Positions 36,417 to 45,910 of a stretch of 64,000 nt of DNA are shown one piece after another. The notes under the pieces are model-generated. The model searched no databases. It was not told where the DNA came from and saw only the letters and a program-made list of their open reading frames with translations. Source of the DNA: Sumerlaeia bacterium. Its GTDB lineage: Bacteria; Sumerlaeota; Sumerlaeia; SLMS01; JAHLLQ01. The translations under genes and the position numbers were made by a program. The stretch lies in the NCBI GenBank assembly GCA_040219255.1, contig JAVJSW010000068.1, positions 128,001-192,000 on the forward strand. Direction: 5' to 3'. Each line of letters begins with the position of its first letter. Position 1 is the first letter of the stretch.

Positions 36417-38537
36417 ATGAACGACAAACGTCTTCGCCCCCGCAAAGTCCGACGCTCACCCACGCTGGGCGTCTTGGAGTGGTTCCGGCTGGGCGAGAAG
36501 GACCGCGTCGAACGCGTCCTCGCCGACCTGAAGGAATTGGGCATCGGGCACCTTCGCACGGGGATTTCCTGGGCCGATTATCTGACGCCCGAGGGCCAGG
36601 ACTGGTACGACTGGTTGCTGCCGCGCATCGCGCCCCGGTTCGAACTCCTGCCCTGCTTTCTCTATACGCCGCCGTCGCTGGGGCTGGCGCCGCGGACTTC
36701 GGCGCCCCCGGCCAACCCCAAGGACTTCGCCGACTTCCTGGATGTCTTCGTCGGCCGCTATGGCGAGCACTTCGACACCGTCGAGCTTTGGAACGAACCG
36801 AACAATCTGGTGGAGTACGATTGGCAACTCGACCCCGGATGGGAGCGCTTCTGCCAGATGGTCGGCATGGCGGCGCACTGGGCGCACCGCCTGGGCAAGC
36901 GCACGGTGCTCGGCGGCATGGCGCCGGTCGATTGCAACTGGCTCAACATTCTCGGCCAGCGCGGCGTCCTCAGCCACATCGACGTCGTGGGCATCCACGG
37001 TTTTCCCCGCACCTGGGATTCGCACTGGGAGGGCTGGGAATCGCTGATCCATCGCGTGACGGACACGCTGACGCCCTATATCCCGAAGGCCAAAATCTGG
37101 ATCACGGAGGCCGGCTATTCGACCTGGCGCAAGGACGAATTCCAGCAGGTCGAGTCCTTCCTCGCGGCCCTCGACGCGCCCGTCGAGCGCCTCTACTGGT
37201 ACGCCGCCCAAGATCTCCATCACGAGGAAAACCACGTCGGCGGCGATTCGCTGCGCGATGAGCGCCACTACCACCTGGGGCTCAAGACGGAGAACGGCGA
37301 GCCGAAGCTGCTGTACCGCCTCCTGGCCGAGGGAGGCCCCGGGCACGTGCGCGACGTGGCTCGTCTGGCGGGCGAGTCGGGATTCGACTGGTCCGGATCG
37401 CCCGCCGCCATGGCCATGAAGGACCGGCTGAGCAAGAAGCCGATCCGCGTCGTGCCGGCCCGGCCCAAACGCAAACCCGTCCTGATTACCGGCGGTGCCG
37501 GGTTCATCGGCACCAACGTGGCCGCCCGGTTGCTGGAGGAAGGCGAGGAGGTGCTCATCTATGACGGTCTGTGCCGCCCCGGCGTGGAGGGCAACCTAGC
37601 CTGGTTGAAAAGGCGCTATGGCGACCGCGTCCGGACGCGCCTGTCCGACGTGCGCGACGCCGCCAGCCTGAAGGAGGCGGTGCGCTCCGCCAGCGCCATC
37701 TATCACTTCGCCGCCCAGGTCGCCGTTACCACCAGTCTCGAGCGCCCCTGGGACGATTTCGAGGTCAACACCAGGGGAACCCTCCTGATCCTGGAGACGT
37801 TGCGTGGCCTGAAGGACCCGCCGCCGCTGCTGCTGACATCGACCAACAAGGTCTATGGCTGCCTGGAGGACGTGCGGCTGCGGCGCGAAGAGTCGCGCTA
37901 CGTTCCTGTGGACCCGGCCGTGCGGGATCGAGGCGTCGGCGAAAATCACCCCCTCGATTTCCGCAGCCCCTACGGGTGCTCCAAGGGCGCCGCCGATCAG
38001 TACGTCCGCGACTACGCCCGGTGTTTCGACCTGCCAACCGTCGTTTTCCGCATGAGCTGCATCTACGGCCCCCACCAGTACGGCACCGAGGATCAGGGCT
38101 GGGTCGCGCACTTTCTGCTGAAGGCCCTGCGTGGCGAGTCGATCACCTTCTACGGCGACGGCCGCCAGGTGCGCGACATCCTGTTCGTGGACGACCTGGT
38201 GGACGCCATGCGCCTGGCGCTGCGGCGCATCGACGAGACGCGCGGAGAAGCTTTCAACATCGGCGGCGGGCCGGAAAACACCGTGTCTCTCGTGGAGTTG
38301 GCCCAGATGATCGCCGAAGTCGGCAGCGCCCCAGTCCCCGTCGAATTCGCGGATTGGCGCCCCGGCGATCAACGCTACTACGTCTCCGACACGCGCCGAT
38401 TCCAGAAGGCCACCGGCTGGCGCCCCCGCGTCAAAACCGCCGAGGGAGTCGAGCGCCTGTACCACTGGCTGGCGGAGCACCGCTGTCAACCCGCCCACGC
38501 GAAATCCATTATTCCTATCGAGGAGGCCGCCTCATGA
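36417..38537 (+). CDS. Fusion: clan GH-A TIM-barrel glycoside hydrolase + CDP-tyvelose 2-epimerase-like SDR
   Basis: ELWNEPNN (acid/base) and IWITEAGY (nucleophile); then ITGGAGFIG, AAQVAVTTS, STNKVYG, YGCSK, EDQGWVAHF. Confidence 0.88.
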   Translation: MNDKRLRPRKVRRSPTLGVLEWFRLGEKDRVERVLADLKELGIGHLRTGISWADYLTPEGQDWYDWLLPRIAPRFELLPCFLYTPPSLGLAPRTSAPPANPKDFADFLDVFVGRYGEHFDTVELWNEPNNLVEYDWQLDPGWERFCQMVGMAAHWAHRLGKRTVLGGMAPVDCNWLNILGQRGVLSHIDVVGIHGFPRTWDSHWEGWESLIHRVTDTLTPYIPKAKIWITEAGYSTWRKDEFQQVESFLAALDAPVERLYWYAAQDLHHEENHVGGDSLRDERHYHLGLKTENGEPKLLYRLLAEGGPGHVRDVARLAGESGFDWSGSPAAMAMKDRLSKKPIRVVPARPKRKPVLITGGAGFIGTNVAARLLEEGEEVLIYDGLCRPGVEGNLAWLKRRYGDRVRTRLSDVRDAASLKEAVRSASAIYHFAAQVAVTTSLERPWDDFEVNTRGTLLILETLRGLKDPPPLLLTSTNKVYGCLEDVRLRREESRYVPVDPAVRDRGVGENHPLDFRSPYGCSKGAADQYVRDYARCFDLPTVVFRMSCIYGPHQYGTEDQGWVAHFLLKALRGESITFYGDGRQVRDILFVDDLVDAMRLALRRIDETRGEAFNIGGGPENTVSLVELAQMIAEVGSAPVPVEFADWRPGDQRYYVSDTRRFQKATGWRPRVKTAEGVERLYHWLAEHRCQPAHAKSIIPIEEAAS

Positions 38538-39538
38538 GCGAGCAAGGCCAATCCACAGCCGTGGCCGTGCCGCCGCGAACGATGCGGACCGCTGTTTTGG
38601 AAGCCCCACGGCGCGTGCGGACAGAGCAAGTGGCCGTTCCCGAGCCGGGCCCCGGCGAAGTGCTGGTGCGGCTGGAAGGCTGCGGTATCTGCGGGTCGAA
38701 CCGCGAACCCTGGGAAGGGCGTGACTGGTTCGATTATCCCTTCGAGCCCGGCGCCCCGGGTCACGAAGGCTGGGGCCGGGTGGCCGCCGTGGGCGAAGGC
38801 GTGACCTCCATCTCGCCCGGCGAGCGCGTCGCCCTCATGTCCTCCCATGCCTTCTCGGAGTACGACGTGGCGCCGGTGGATCAGGTGGTCGCTCTGCCGC
38901 ACGAGCTGGACGATCAGCCCTTTCCCGGCGAACCGCTCGCCTGCGCCTACAACATCTTCGAAGCTGCCGCCATCCGGCCCGGCGAAACGGTCGCCATCAT
39001 CGGCATCGGTTTCCAGGGCGCGGTGCTGACGGCCTTGGCGGCGCGCCGCGGCGCGCGAGTCCTCGCCCTGTCGCGCCGGCCCTTCGCGCTGGAAATGGCC
39101 CGCCATTACGGCGCGGACGAAACCCTGCAAATGGACGACCACTGGCGCCTCCTCGATGCAGTCAAGGACCTGACCGGCGGCGCGAACTGCGACTGCGTGA
39201 TCGAGGCCACGGGCGTGCAATGGCCGCTGGATCTGGCGGCGCAGATCTGCCGGGTCGAAGGCCGCCTCGTCATCGCCGGTTACCACCAGGACGGCGCGCG
39301 CCAGGTCAATATGCAGCTCTGGAACTGGCATGCGCTGCGGATCGTCAACGCCCACTTCCGCGACCCTAAGCGCGTCATCGAAGGCATGAAACAAGCCGCC
39401 GGAGCCGTCGCGTCCGGCGCCTTCGATCCCGCTCCGCTCTACACCCACCGCGTCTCCCTGGACGACCTCGGGCGGGGCCTCGCGCTCCTCGAGGAGCGCC
39501 CCGAGGGCTTCCTGAAAGGACTTCTCATCCATGACTGA
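38534..39538 (+). CDS. Zinc-dependent MDR alcohol/sugar dehydrogenase
   Basis: GCGICGSN, GHEGWG, GIGFQG; AGGAGG RBS and ATGA overlap. Confidence 0.9.
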   Translation: MSEQGQSTAVAVPPRTMRTAVLEAPRRVRTEQVAVPEPGPGEVLVRLEGCGICGSNREPWEGRDWFDYPFEPGAPGHEGWGRVAAVGEGVTSISPGERVALMSSHAFSEYDVAPVDQVVALPHELDDQPFPGEPLACAYNIFEAAAIRPGETVAIIGIGFQGAVLTALAARRGARVLALSRRPFALEMARHYGADETLQMDDHWRLLDAVKDLTGGANCDCVIEATGVQWPLDLAAQICRVEGRLVIAGYHQDGARQVNMQLWNWHALRIVNAHFRDPKRVIEGMKQAAGAVASGAFDPAPLYTHRVSLDDLGRGLALLEERPEGFLKGLLIHD

Positions 39539-40583
39539 ACTCGCATTCGCAACGCAGGCGGGCACAAAGCGGCCGACGGGCGCCAAGCCCCGCCTGGGCT
39601 TCCTGGGCGTGGGCTGGATCGGCCGGCACCGGATGGAGTGCCTGATGGAAAGCGGAGCCGTGGAGGGCGCCGCCGTCTCGGACCTGAGCGTGGAAACGGC
39701 CAGCCAGGCCCTCGATCTCGCGCCCGGGGCGAAGGTCGTCGAGTCCCTGGATGACATGCTGGCGCTGGGCCTCGACGGCATCGTGATCGCGACGCCGAAT
39801 TACCTCCACGCCGAGCAGGCCACCCGCGCTCTGGAAAGCGGCTGCGCGGTCTTTTGCCAAAAGCCGCTGGCCCGCACCGCCAGCGAGACCGAGGCGATTA
39901 TCGCCGCCGCCCGCCGCGCCAACCGTCTCCTCGGAGTGGACCTCTCCTATCGACACGTCGAGTCTATCCGGCGCATCCGCGACTTGGCCGAGGCGGGAAG
40001 GTTGGGCAAGATTTTCGCCGTCGATCTGGTTTTCCACAACGCCTACGGACCCGACAAAGATTGGTTCTACGATCCAGAAAAAGCGGGCGGCGGCTGCGCG
40101 TTGGACCTCGGGATCCACTTGGTCGATTTGGCGCTGTGGATGCTCGGCTCGCCGGGCGTGCGCGATTGCTCCAGCAGGCTTTATGCTGGAGGGGAACTCC
40201 TCCGCGAAGCGGAGCGGGTGGAGGATTACTGCGAAGCCCAATTGCTGCTCGACGGCGGCGAGACGGTGCGCCTCGCCACCTCCTGGAACCTGAGCGCCGG
40301 GCGTGACGCCGTGATCGAAATCCGCTTCCACGGCACGGAGGGCGGCGCCGCCATGACCAACGTCGATGGCTCGTTCTTCGACTTCCGCGCCGAAGCCTAT
40401 CGAGGCCGAAACGTCGAGGTCCTGGCGGAGCCGCCGGACGCCTGGGGCGGGCGGGCCGCCGTGGCCTGGGCCGAGCGCCTGGCGCGCGACGCCTGCTACG
40501 ACCCGGAAATCGAGCGCATGCTGCCCGTGATGCAGGCCCTCGACGCCATCTATGGCCGCGCGCTAGGAGGCGCCCACCAATGA
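39531..40583 (+). CDS. Gfo/Idh/MocA oxidoreductase
   Basis: GFLGVGWIG, IATPNYLH, CQKPLA, GGGCALDLGIH. Confidence 0.92.
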   Translation: MTELAFATQAGTKRPTGAKPRLGFLGVGWIGRHRMECLMESGAVEGAAVSDLSVETASQALDLAPGAKVVESLDDMLALGLDGIVIATPNYLHAEQATRALESGCAVFCQKPLARTASETEAIIAAARRANRLLGVDLSYRHVESIRRIRDLAEAGRLGKIFAVDLVFHNAYGPDKDWFYDPEKAGGGCALDLGIHLVDLALWMLGSPGVRDCSSRLYAGGELLREAERVEDYCEAQLLLDGGETVRLATSWNLSAGRDAVIEIRFHGTEGGAAMTNVDGSFFDFRAEAYRGRNVEVLAEPPDAWGGRAAVAWAERLARDACYDPEIERMLPVMQALDAIYGRALGGAHQ

Positions 40584-41704
40584 GCTTTCGCGTTCTCATG
40601 ACCTCGGACGCCGTCGGCGGCGTCTGGAATTACAGCGTCTCGCTGGCCGAGGCTCTCGCGCCACATGGCATCGAGATCCACCTCGCGACGATGGGTCCGG
40701 CGCCCTCGCCCGAGCAGCGCCAGGCCGCCGAGCGCCTTTCCAACCTGACGCTCCATGTCAGCACCTACCGCCTCGAATGGATGGATCAGCCGTGGAAGGA
40801 CCTGGAATGGTCGGGCGAGTGGCTGATGCAGTTGGAAGAGCAGCTCAAGCCCGATCTGATCCACCTGAACACCTACGCCCACGGAACGCTGCCTTGGCGC
40901 GCGCCGGTGATGGCGGTGGGACACTCGTGCGTTTATTCCTGGTGGCGGCACGTGAAGGGAACGGAGCCGCCGCGGTTCTGGAACCGTTACCGGGAAGCGG
41001 TCGCGGCGGGGCTGGCGGGGGCGGACCTGATCGCGGCGCCGACGCGCGCGATGCTCGACGAGTTGGCCTGCACCTACGGCCCCTTCGCGGCCCCCACCCG
41101 CGTCATCCCCAACGGCGTCGATGGCGCCCGGTTCGCCCCGGCGGAAGGTAAGCAGGACCTGATCTTCGCCGCGGGGCGCGTGTGGGATGAAGGCAAGAAC
41201 GTCCAGTCGATCTGCATGGCGGCGCCGGGGCTTTCCTGGCCCGTGCGGGTGGCGGGGGAAGCCACCAGCCCGGACGGCCGGGCCATCGACTGCCCGGATG
41301 TCGAATTGCTGGGGAAAGTCCCCGCCGACGAGATGCCTTCCCACTATGCGCAAGCCGCCATCTTCGCCCATCCGGCGCGCTACGAGCCTTTCGGCCTCGC
41401 GCCCGTGGAAGCGGCTCTGAGCGGGTGCGCCCTCGTCCTGGGCGATATCGACACCCTGCGCGAGATCTGGCGCGGCGCCGCCCTCTTTGTCCCGCCGGAC
41501 GACGTGGCGGAGTTGCGCCGCACCCTGCAAGACCTGAGCGCCAACGAGCCCCTGCGCCTTCGCCTCGCGGAAACCGCCCGCGCCCGCGCCCTGGAACTGA
41601 CCCCCGAGGCCATGGCCCGCGGCGTTCTGGAAGCCTACGCCAGCCTGACCGAGCACCGCGCCGCAGAGATTCCCGCCCCGGCCGGGGAACGGATCGCTTC
41701 GTGA
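40580..41704 (+). CDS. Glycosyltransferase family 4
   Basis: MTSDAVGGVW, GRVWDEGKN, PARYEPFGLAPVEAA. Confidence 0.92.
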   Translation: MSFRVLMTSDAVGGVWNYSVSLAEALAPHGIEIHLATMGPAPSPEQRQAAERLSNLTLHVSTYRLEWMDQPWKDLEWSGEWLMQLEEQLKPDLIHLNTYAHGTLPWRAPVMAVGHSCVYSWWRHVKGTEPPRFWNRYREAVAAGLAGADLIAAPTRAMLDELACTYGPFAAPTRVIPNGVDGARFAPAEGKQDLIFAAGRVWDEGKNVQSICMAAPGLSWPVRVAGEATSPDGRAIDCPDVELLGKVPADEMPSHYAQAAIFAHPARYEPFGLAPVEAALSGCALVLGDIDTLREIWRGAALFVPPDDVAELRRTLQDLSANEPLRLRLAETARARALELTPEAMARGVLEAYASLTEHRAAEIPAPAGERIAS

Positions 41705-42849
41705 AGTTCGTTCTCTTCTACCACTCACTCATTTCGGACTGGAACCACGGAAACGCCCATTTCCTGCGGGGCGTCGCCAGCGAACTGATCGCCCGGGGCC
41801 ACCAGGTCACGGCGGTCGAGCACCCGCTGAACTGGAGCCTGACGAACCTGCTCAAAGAGCACGGCGAGGAACCGATCCGCGAATTCCGCAGGGTCTATCC
41901 CACGCTCAAGCCCCGGTTCCTCGGCGGCGCGGTGGCCGACTGGCCGCTCGACGAGGTCCTGGCCGAAGCGGACGTGGTGATTGTCCACGAATGGAACGCG
42001 CCGGAGCTGATTTCGCTGATCGGCCAGCACCGCCGCCGCACCGGCGCCGGGTACGCTCTCCTGTTTCACGACACGCACCACCGGGGCGTCACCGCGCCCG
42101 AGGATATGGCCCGCTTCGACCTGAGAGAGTACGATGGCGTGCTGGCGTTCGGCGAGGTGCTGAGCGAACTCTATCGCGAGAAGGGCTGGGCCGAGCGCGC
42201 CTGGACCTGGCACGAAGCCGCCGACACGCGCGTTTTCTTCCCCCGCGCCAACGGCCACGAGGCCGAGGGCGATCTCGTCTGGATCGGAAACTGGGGCGAC
42301 GATGAGCGCACCGCCGAGCTGCACGAGTTCCTCCTGCGCCCCACCGCCGAACTGGGTCTGCGCGCCACCGTCCACGGCGTGCGCTATCCGCGGGAAGCGA
42401 AAGCCGCCCTGCGCGACGCGGGGCTCAGCTATCGGGGCTGGCTGCCGAACCTCCGCGTGCCCGAAGCCTTCAGCCGCTATCGCGTCACCATCCACGTGCC
42501 CCGCCGCCCCTATGTCGAGGCGCTGCCGGGCATTCCCACCATCCGCCCCTTCGAAGCCATGGCCTGCGGCATTCCGCTGGTGTGTTCGCCCTGGCAGGAC
42601 AGCGAAAACCTCTTCCGGCCAGGCAACGATTATCTTGTCGCGCGTAACGGCGCCGACATGAAGACGGCATTGCGGGCGATTCTCCACGAACCCGAACTCG
42701 CCCGGACCCTTGCCAGCAATGGTCTCGAAACTATCCGCGGCCGCCACACCTGCGCTCATCGCACCGATGAGCTTCTCCAAATCGTCGAGTCTCTCGTCTC
42801 GCCCACCCTTGCCACTTCATTCCACGAAAAGGACTCCCTCGCGTCATGA
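41701..42849 (+). CDS. CgeB-family glycosyltransferase
   Basis: SDWNHGNAHFLRG, FHDTHH, PTIRPFEAMACG, HTCAHR; GTGA overlap. Confidence 0.88.
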   Translation: MKFVLFYHSLISDWNHGNAHFLRGVASELIARGHQVTAVEHPLNWSLTNLLKEHGEEPIREFRRVYPTLKPRFLGGAVADWPLDEVLAEADVVIVHEWNAPELISLIGQHRRRTGAGYALLFHDTHHRGVTAPEDMARFDLREYDGVLAFGEVLSELYREKGWAERAWTWHEAADTRVFFPRANGHEAEGDLVWIGNWGDDERTAELHEFLLRPTAELGLRATVHGVRYPREAKAALRDAGLSYRGWLPNLRVPEAFSRYRVTIHVPRRPYVEALPGIPTIRPFEAMACGIPLVCSPWQDSENLFRPGNDYLVARNGADMKTALRAILHEPELARTLASNGLETIRGRHTCAHRTDELLQIVESLVSPTLATSFHEKDSLAS

Positions 42850-43925
42850 CTCTTCGCATCGCTTTCTTTGGTTCCAGCCTCGTTTCGGCTTACTGGAACG
42901 GCGCCGCCACCTACTACCGGGGCATGATTCGCGCCCTGGCTGCCCAAGGCCACCGGGTCACCTTCTACGAACCGGATGCTTTCGGCCGCCAGGCCCACCG
43001 CGACATGCCCGATCCGGATTGGGCCACGGTGCGCGTTTACGAACCGAACGAGGAATCCGCTGGCCGCGAACTGCGCCACGCCGCTGGCGCCGACATCGTG
43101 GTGAAGGCCAGTGGCGTCGGCGTTCACGACGAATTCCTGGAGCGAGAAGTCCTGTCCCTTCAGTCACCCAACACTCGCGTGGTATTCTGGGACGTGGACG
43201 CCCCGGCGACTTTGGATCGCGTGCGCCGCGTGCCGAGCGATCCGTTCAAACACCTGGTGCCGGACTACGACATGATCCTGACCTATGGCGGTGGCCCAGC
43301 CGTGGTGGAGGCCTACCGGGCGCTGGGCGCGCGCGATTGCGTGCCGATCTACAATGCCCTCGACCCCGAGACCCATCACCCCGTAGCCCCGGTGGGCCGA
43401 TTCACGGGCGATCTCGGATTCCTGGGCAACCGCATGCCGGACCGCGAGGAGCGCGTGCAGGAATTCTTCTTCCGCGCCGCAGAGAACGCACCCAAGCACC
43501 GCTTCCTCCTGGGCGGCAGCGGCTGGGATGGGCTCGGCCGGCCGAATGTGAAAATCCTCGGCCACGTCTATACCCGCGACCACAACGCGTTCAATTCCAC
43601 GCCGCGCGCCGTGCTGAACATCAACCGCGACTGCATGGCTCGCGTGGGCTACTCGCCGCCGACGCGCGTGTTCGAGGCCGCAGGCGCCGGGGCCTGCCTG
43701 ATCACCGACGCCTGGGAAGGCATCGAGCAATTCCTGGAGCCAGAGGTTGAGGTCCTGGTCGCCCGCAACGGCGCCGAAGTCGCCCAACTGGTCCGCGAGC
43801 TGGACGACGACCGCGCCCGCGCCATCGGCGAAGCGGCCCGCCGCCGCGTTCTGGCCGAGCACACCTACGGCGACCGCGCCAAGCAGGTGGAAAGCCTGCT
43901 GCTGGGGGTGGAAGCGGCCGCCTGA
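42846..43925 (+). CDS. CgeB-family glycosyltransferase
   Basis: SAYWNGAATYYRG, FWDVDAP, SPPTRVFEAAGAG, EHTYGDRA. Confidence 0.88.
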   Translation: MTLRIAFFGSSLVSAYWNGAATYYRGMIRALAAQGHRVTFYEPDAFGRQAHRDMPDPDWATVRVYEPNEESAGRELRHAAGADIVVKASGVGVHDEFLEREVLSLQSPNTRVVFWDVDAPATLDRVRRVPSDPFKHLVPDYDMILTYGGGPAVVEAYRALGARDCVPIYNALDPETHHPVAPVGRFTGDLGFLGNRMPDREERVQEFFFRAAENAPKHRFLLGGSGWDGLGRPNVKILGHVYTRDHNAFNSTPRAVLNINRDCMARVGYSPPTRVFEAAGAGACLITDAWEGIEQFLEPEVEVLVARNGAEVAQLVRELDDDRARAIGEAARRRVLAEHTYGDRAKQVESLLLGVEAAA

Positions 43926-43945
43926 GCCAGGGCGCTGGTATTCTT

Positions 43946-45019
43946 ATGCGAATCGTCTTTCTCGGCCTCTCCATCACTTCGTCCTGGGGCAACGGCCACG
44001 CCACCACCTATCGCGGCCTCGTCCGCGAACTCGACCGCCTCGGGCACGAGGTCTGGTTTCTCGAGCGCGACGCGCCCTGGTACGCCGCGAACCGCGACCT
44101 GCCCGAGCCGCCCTTTGGCCACACGCGGCTCTATGGATCGCTGGAGGAACTGCGCGATGCCTACCGCGGCCTCGTGCGGGACGCCGATCTGGTGGTCGCC
44201 GGATCCTACGTGCCCGACGGCATCGCCGTGGGCGAATGGGTCACCGCAACGGCCCAGGGTCTGACCGCGTTCTACGACATCGATACGCCGGTGACGCTCA
44301 CCAAAGTGGCCGCCGGTGAGTGCGAGTACCTGACCCCCAGCCTGATCGCCCGCTACGAGTTCTACCTCAGCTTCACCGGCGGGCCGACGCTTCAGTTCCT
44401 CGAGCAGCAGTACAAGGCCCCGCGAGCCCGGCCTCTGTACTGCTCCGTGGACCCGGAGCAGTACTTCCCCGAACCCGATGCCACGGCGCGTTACGACCTG
44501 GGCTACATGGGGACTTACAGCGAAGACCGCCAGCCGCCCCTCGACCGCCTGCTGATCCAGCCCGCCTGCCTCTGGCGCGAAGGGCGATTCATCGTCGCCG
44601 GGCCCCAGTACCCGCCGAGCATCGCCTGGCCACCGAATGTGCGGCGCATCGAGCACCTGCCGCCCGCCAAGCACCGGGAGTTCTACACCAGCCAGCGCTT
44701 CACCCTGAACATCACCCGCGCCGACATGGTCCGCGCCGGTTGGAGCCCCAGCGTGCGCCTCTTCGAAGCCGCCGCCTGCGCCGTGCCGATCGTCAGCGAC
44801 CCCTGGCCCGGCCTGGGCGAAATCTTCGAGATCGGTCGCGAACTCCTCGTGGCCGAACGTCCGGAAGACGTTCTGACCTACTTGCAGGACCTGCCGGAGG
44901 AAGACGCCCGCGCCATCGGCGAAGCCGGCCGCCAGCGGGTGTTGGCCAGCCACACCGCCGCGCACCGGGCACGGGAACTCGAATCCTACGCGGCCGAGCT
45001 TCTGGAGGTCTCGCCATGA
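43946..45019 (+). CDS. CgeB-family glycosyltransferase
   Basis: SSWGNGHATTYRG, FYDIDTP, SPSVRLFEAAAC, SHTAAHRA. Confidence 0.88.
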   Translation: MRIVFLGLSITSSWGNGHATTYRGLVRELDRLGHEVWFLERDAPWYAANRDLPEPPFGHTRLYGSLEELRDAYRGLVRDADLVVAGSYVPDGIAVGEWVTATAQGLTAFYDIDTPVTLTKVAAGECEYLTPSLIARYEFYLSFTGGPTLQFLEQQYKAPRARPLYCSVDPEQYFPEPDATARYDLGYMGTYSEDRQPPLDRLLIQPACLWREGRFIVAGPQYPPSIAWPPNVRRIEHLPPAKHREFYTSQRFTLNITRADMVRAGWSPSVRLFEAAACAVPIVSDPWPGLGEIFEIGRELLVAERPEDVLTYLQDLPEEDARAIGEAGRQRVLASHTAAHRARELESYAAELLEVSP

Positions 45020-45825
45020 CTTTGCCGATTCAAGACGCCCCGGAAATCGAGGAGGAGATCGAAGCCCTCGGTCCCTGGTTTCACAACCTGCACCTGCCCT
45101 GTGGTATGCAGACGGCGCCCAGCCATCCGCTGGGGGATTTTCCCGCGTTCAAGTGGGCCGAGATCAGCCCGTCCCTGCCGGAGAACCTGAGCGGCTGGAC
45201 AGCGCTCGACATCGGCTGCAACGCCGGGTTCTACACGTTTGAACTCGCCCGCCGCGGCGCCCGTGTCACCGCCATCGACCTGGACCCCCACTACCTGCGC
45301 CAGGCCCGCTGGGCCGCCCAGCAGTTCGGCGTCGAGGGCCAGGTCGAATTCCGCCGCATGCAGGTCTATGAACTGGCCCGCGAACCAGAGGACCTGGCTT
45401 TCGACCTCGTGCTGTTCATGGGCGTGTTCTATCACCTGCGCTATCCCGTGCTGGGGCTCGACGCGGTGGCGCGGCGCACGCGGCGGCTGATGGTTTTTCA
45501 GACCCTGACGATGCCCGGCGAAGAAGTGGAGTCCGGCGACGGCGCCATGACGCTCGACGACCGCGGCGCGTTCCTGCGCCCTGGCTGGCCCAAGATGGCC
45601 TACATGGAGCACGGGCTCTGCAACGACCCGACGAACCGCTTCGCCGCCAATCACGCGGCGGTCGAGGCGCTTCTGCGCAGCGCAGGCCTCCGCGTCCGCG
45701 AACGCCCCGGGCACGAAATCTACGTCTGCGAACCGGACGCGAGCCTTCTACTCCAGGGCGAAATGGCACGCATCGTGGACGAAGAGTACGCGGCGGCTTC
45801 AGGGGCGAAGCGCCCGAATTCTTGA
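45016..45825 (+). CDS. SAM-dependent methyltransferase, TIGR04290 (CmoB-like) family
   Basis: LGPWFHNLHL, TAPSHPLGDFP, LDIGCNAGFY, MGVFYHLRYP, PGWPKMAY; ATGA overlap. Confidence 0.88.
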   Translation: MTLPIQDAPEIEEEIEALGPWFHNLHLPCGMQTAPSHPLGDFPAFKWAEISPSLPENLSGWTALDIGCNAGFYTFELARRGARVTAIDLDPHYLRQARWAAQQFGVEGQVEFRRMQVYELAREPEDLAFDLVLFMGVFYHLRYPVLGLDAVARRTRRLMVFQTLTMPGEEVESGDGAMTLDDRGAFLRPGWPKMAYMEHGLCNDPTNRFAANHAAVEALLRSAGLRVRERPGHEIYVCEPDASLLLQGEMARIVDEEYAAASGAKRPNS

Positions 45826-45843
45826 CTCCTTTGAATATAAAAG

Positions 45844-45885
45844 AAAGCCCCCGCCAGAGACCGATGGCGCTCTGGCGGGGACTTT
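45844..45885. terminator. Bidirectional intrinsic terminator candidate between convergent genes
   Basis: AAAG-C-CCCCGCCAGAG-loop-CTCTGGCGGGG-A-CTTT; A-rich run on the left gives a U tract on the minus strand. Confidence 0.65.
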
Positions 45886-45910
45886 GACTTGGGCCTTGGG
45901 TTGCTCCCGT

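Noticed and set aside
36320-36420. Intact tRNA or tmRNA gene; ORF 36359-37261 (MEMAGIEP)
   Set aside because: Only a 3' fragment matches, with no cloverleaf; the ORF overlaps the real GH-SDR gene in another frame.
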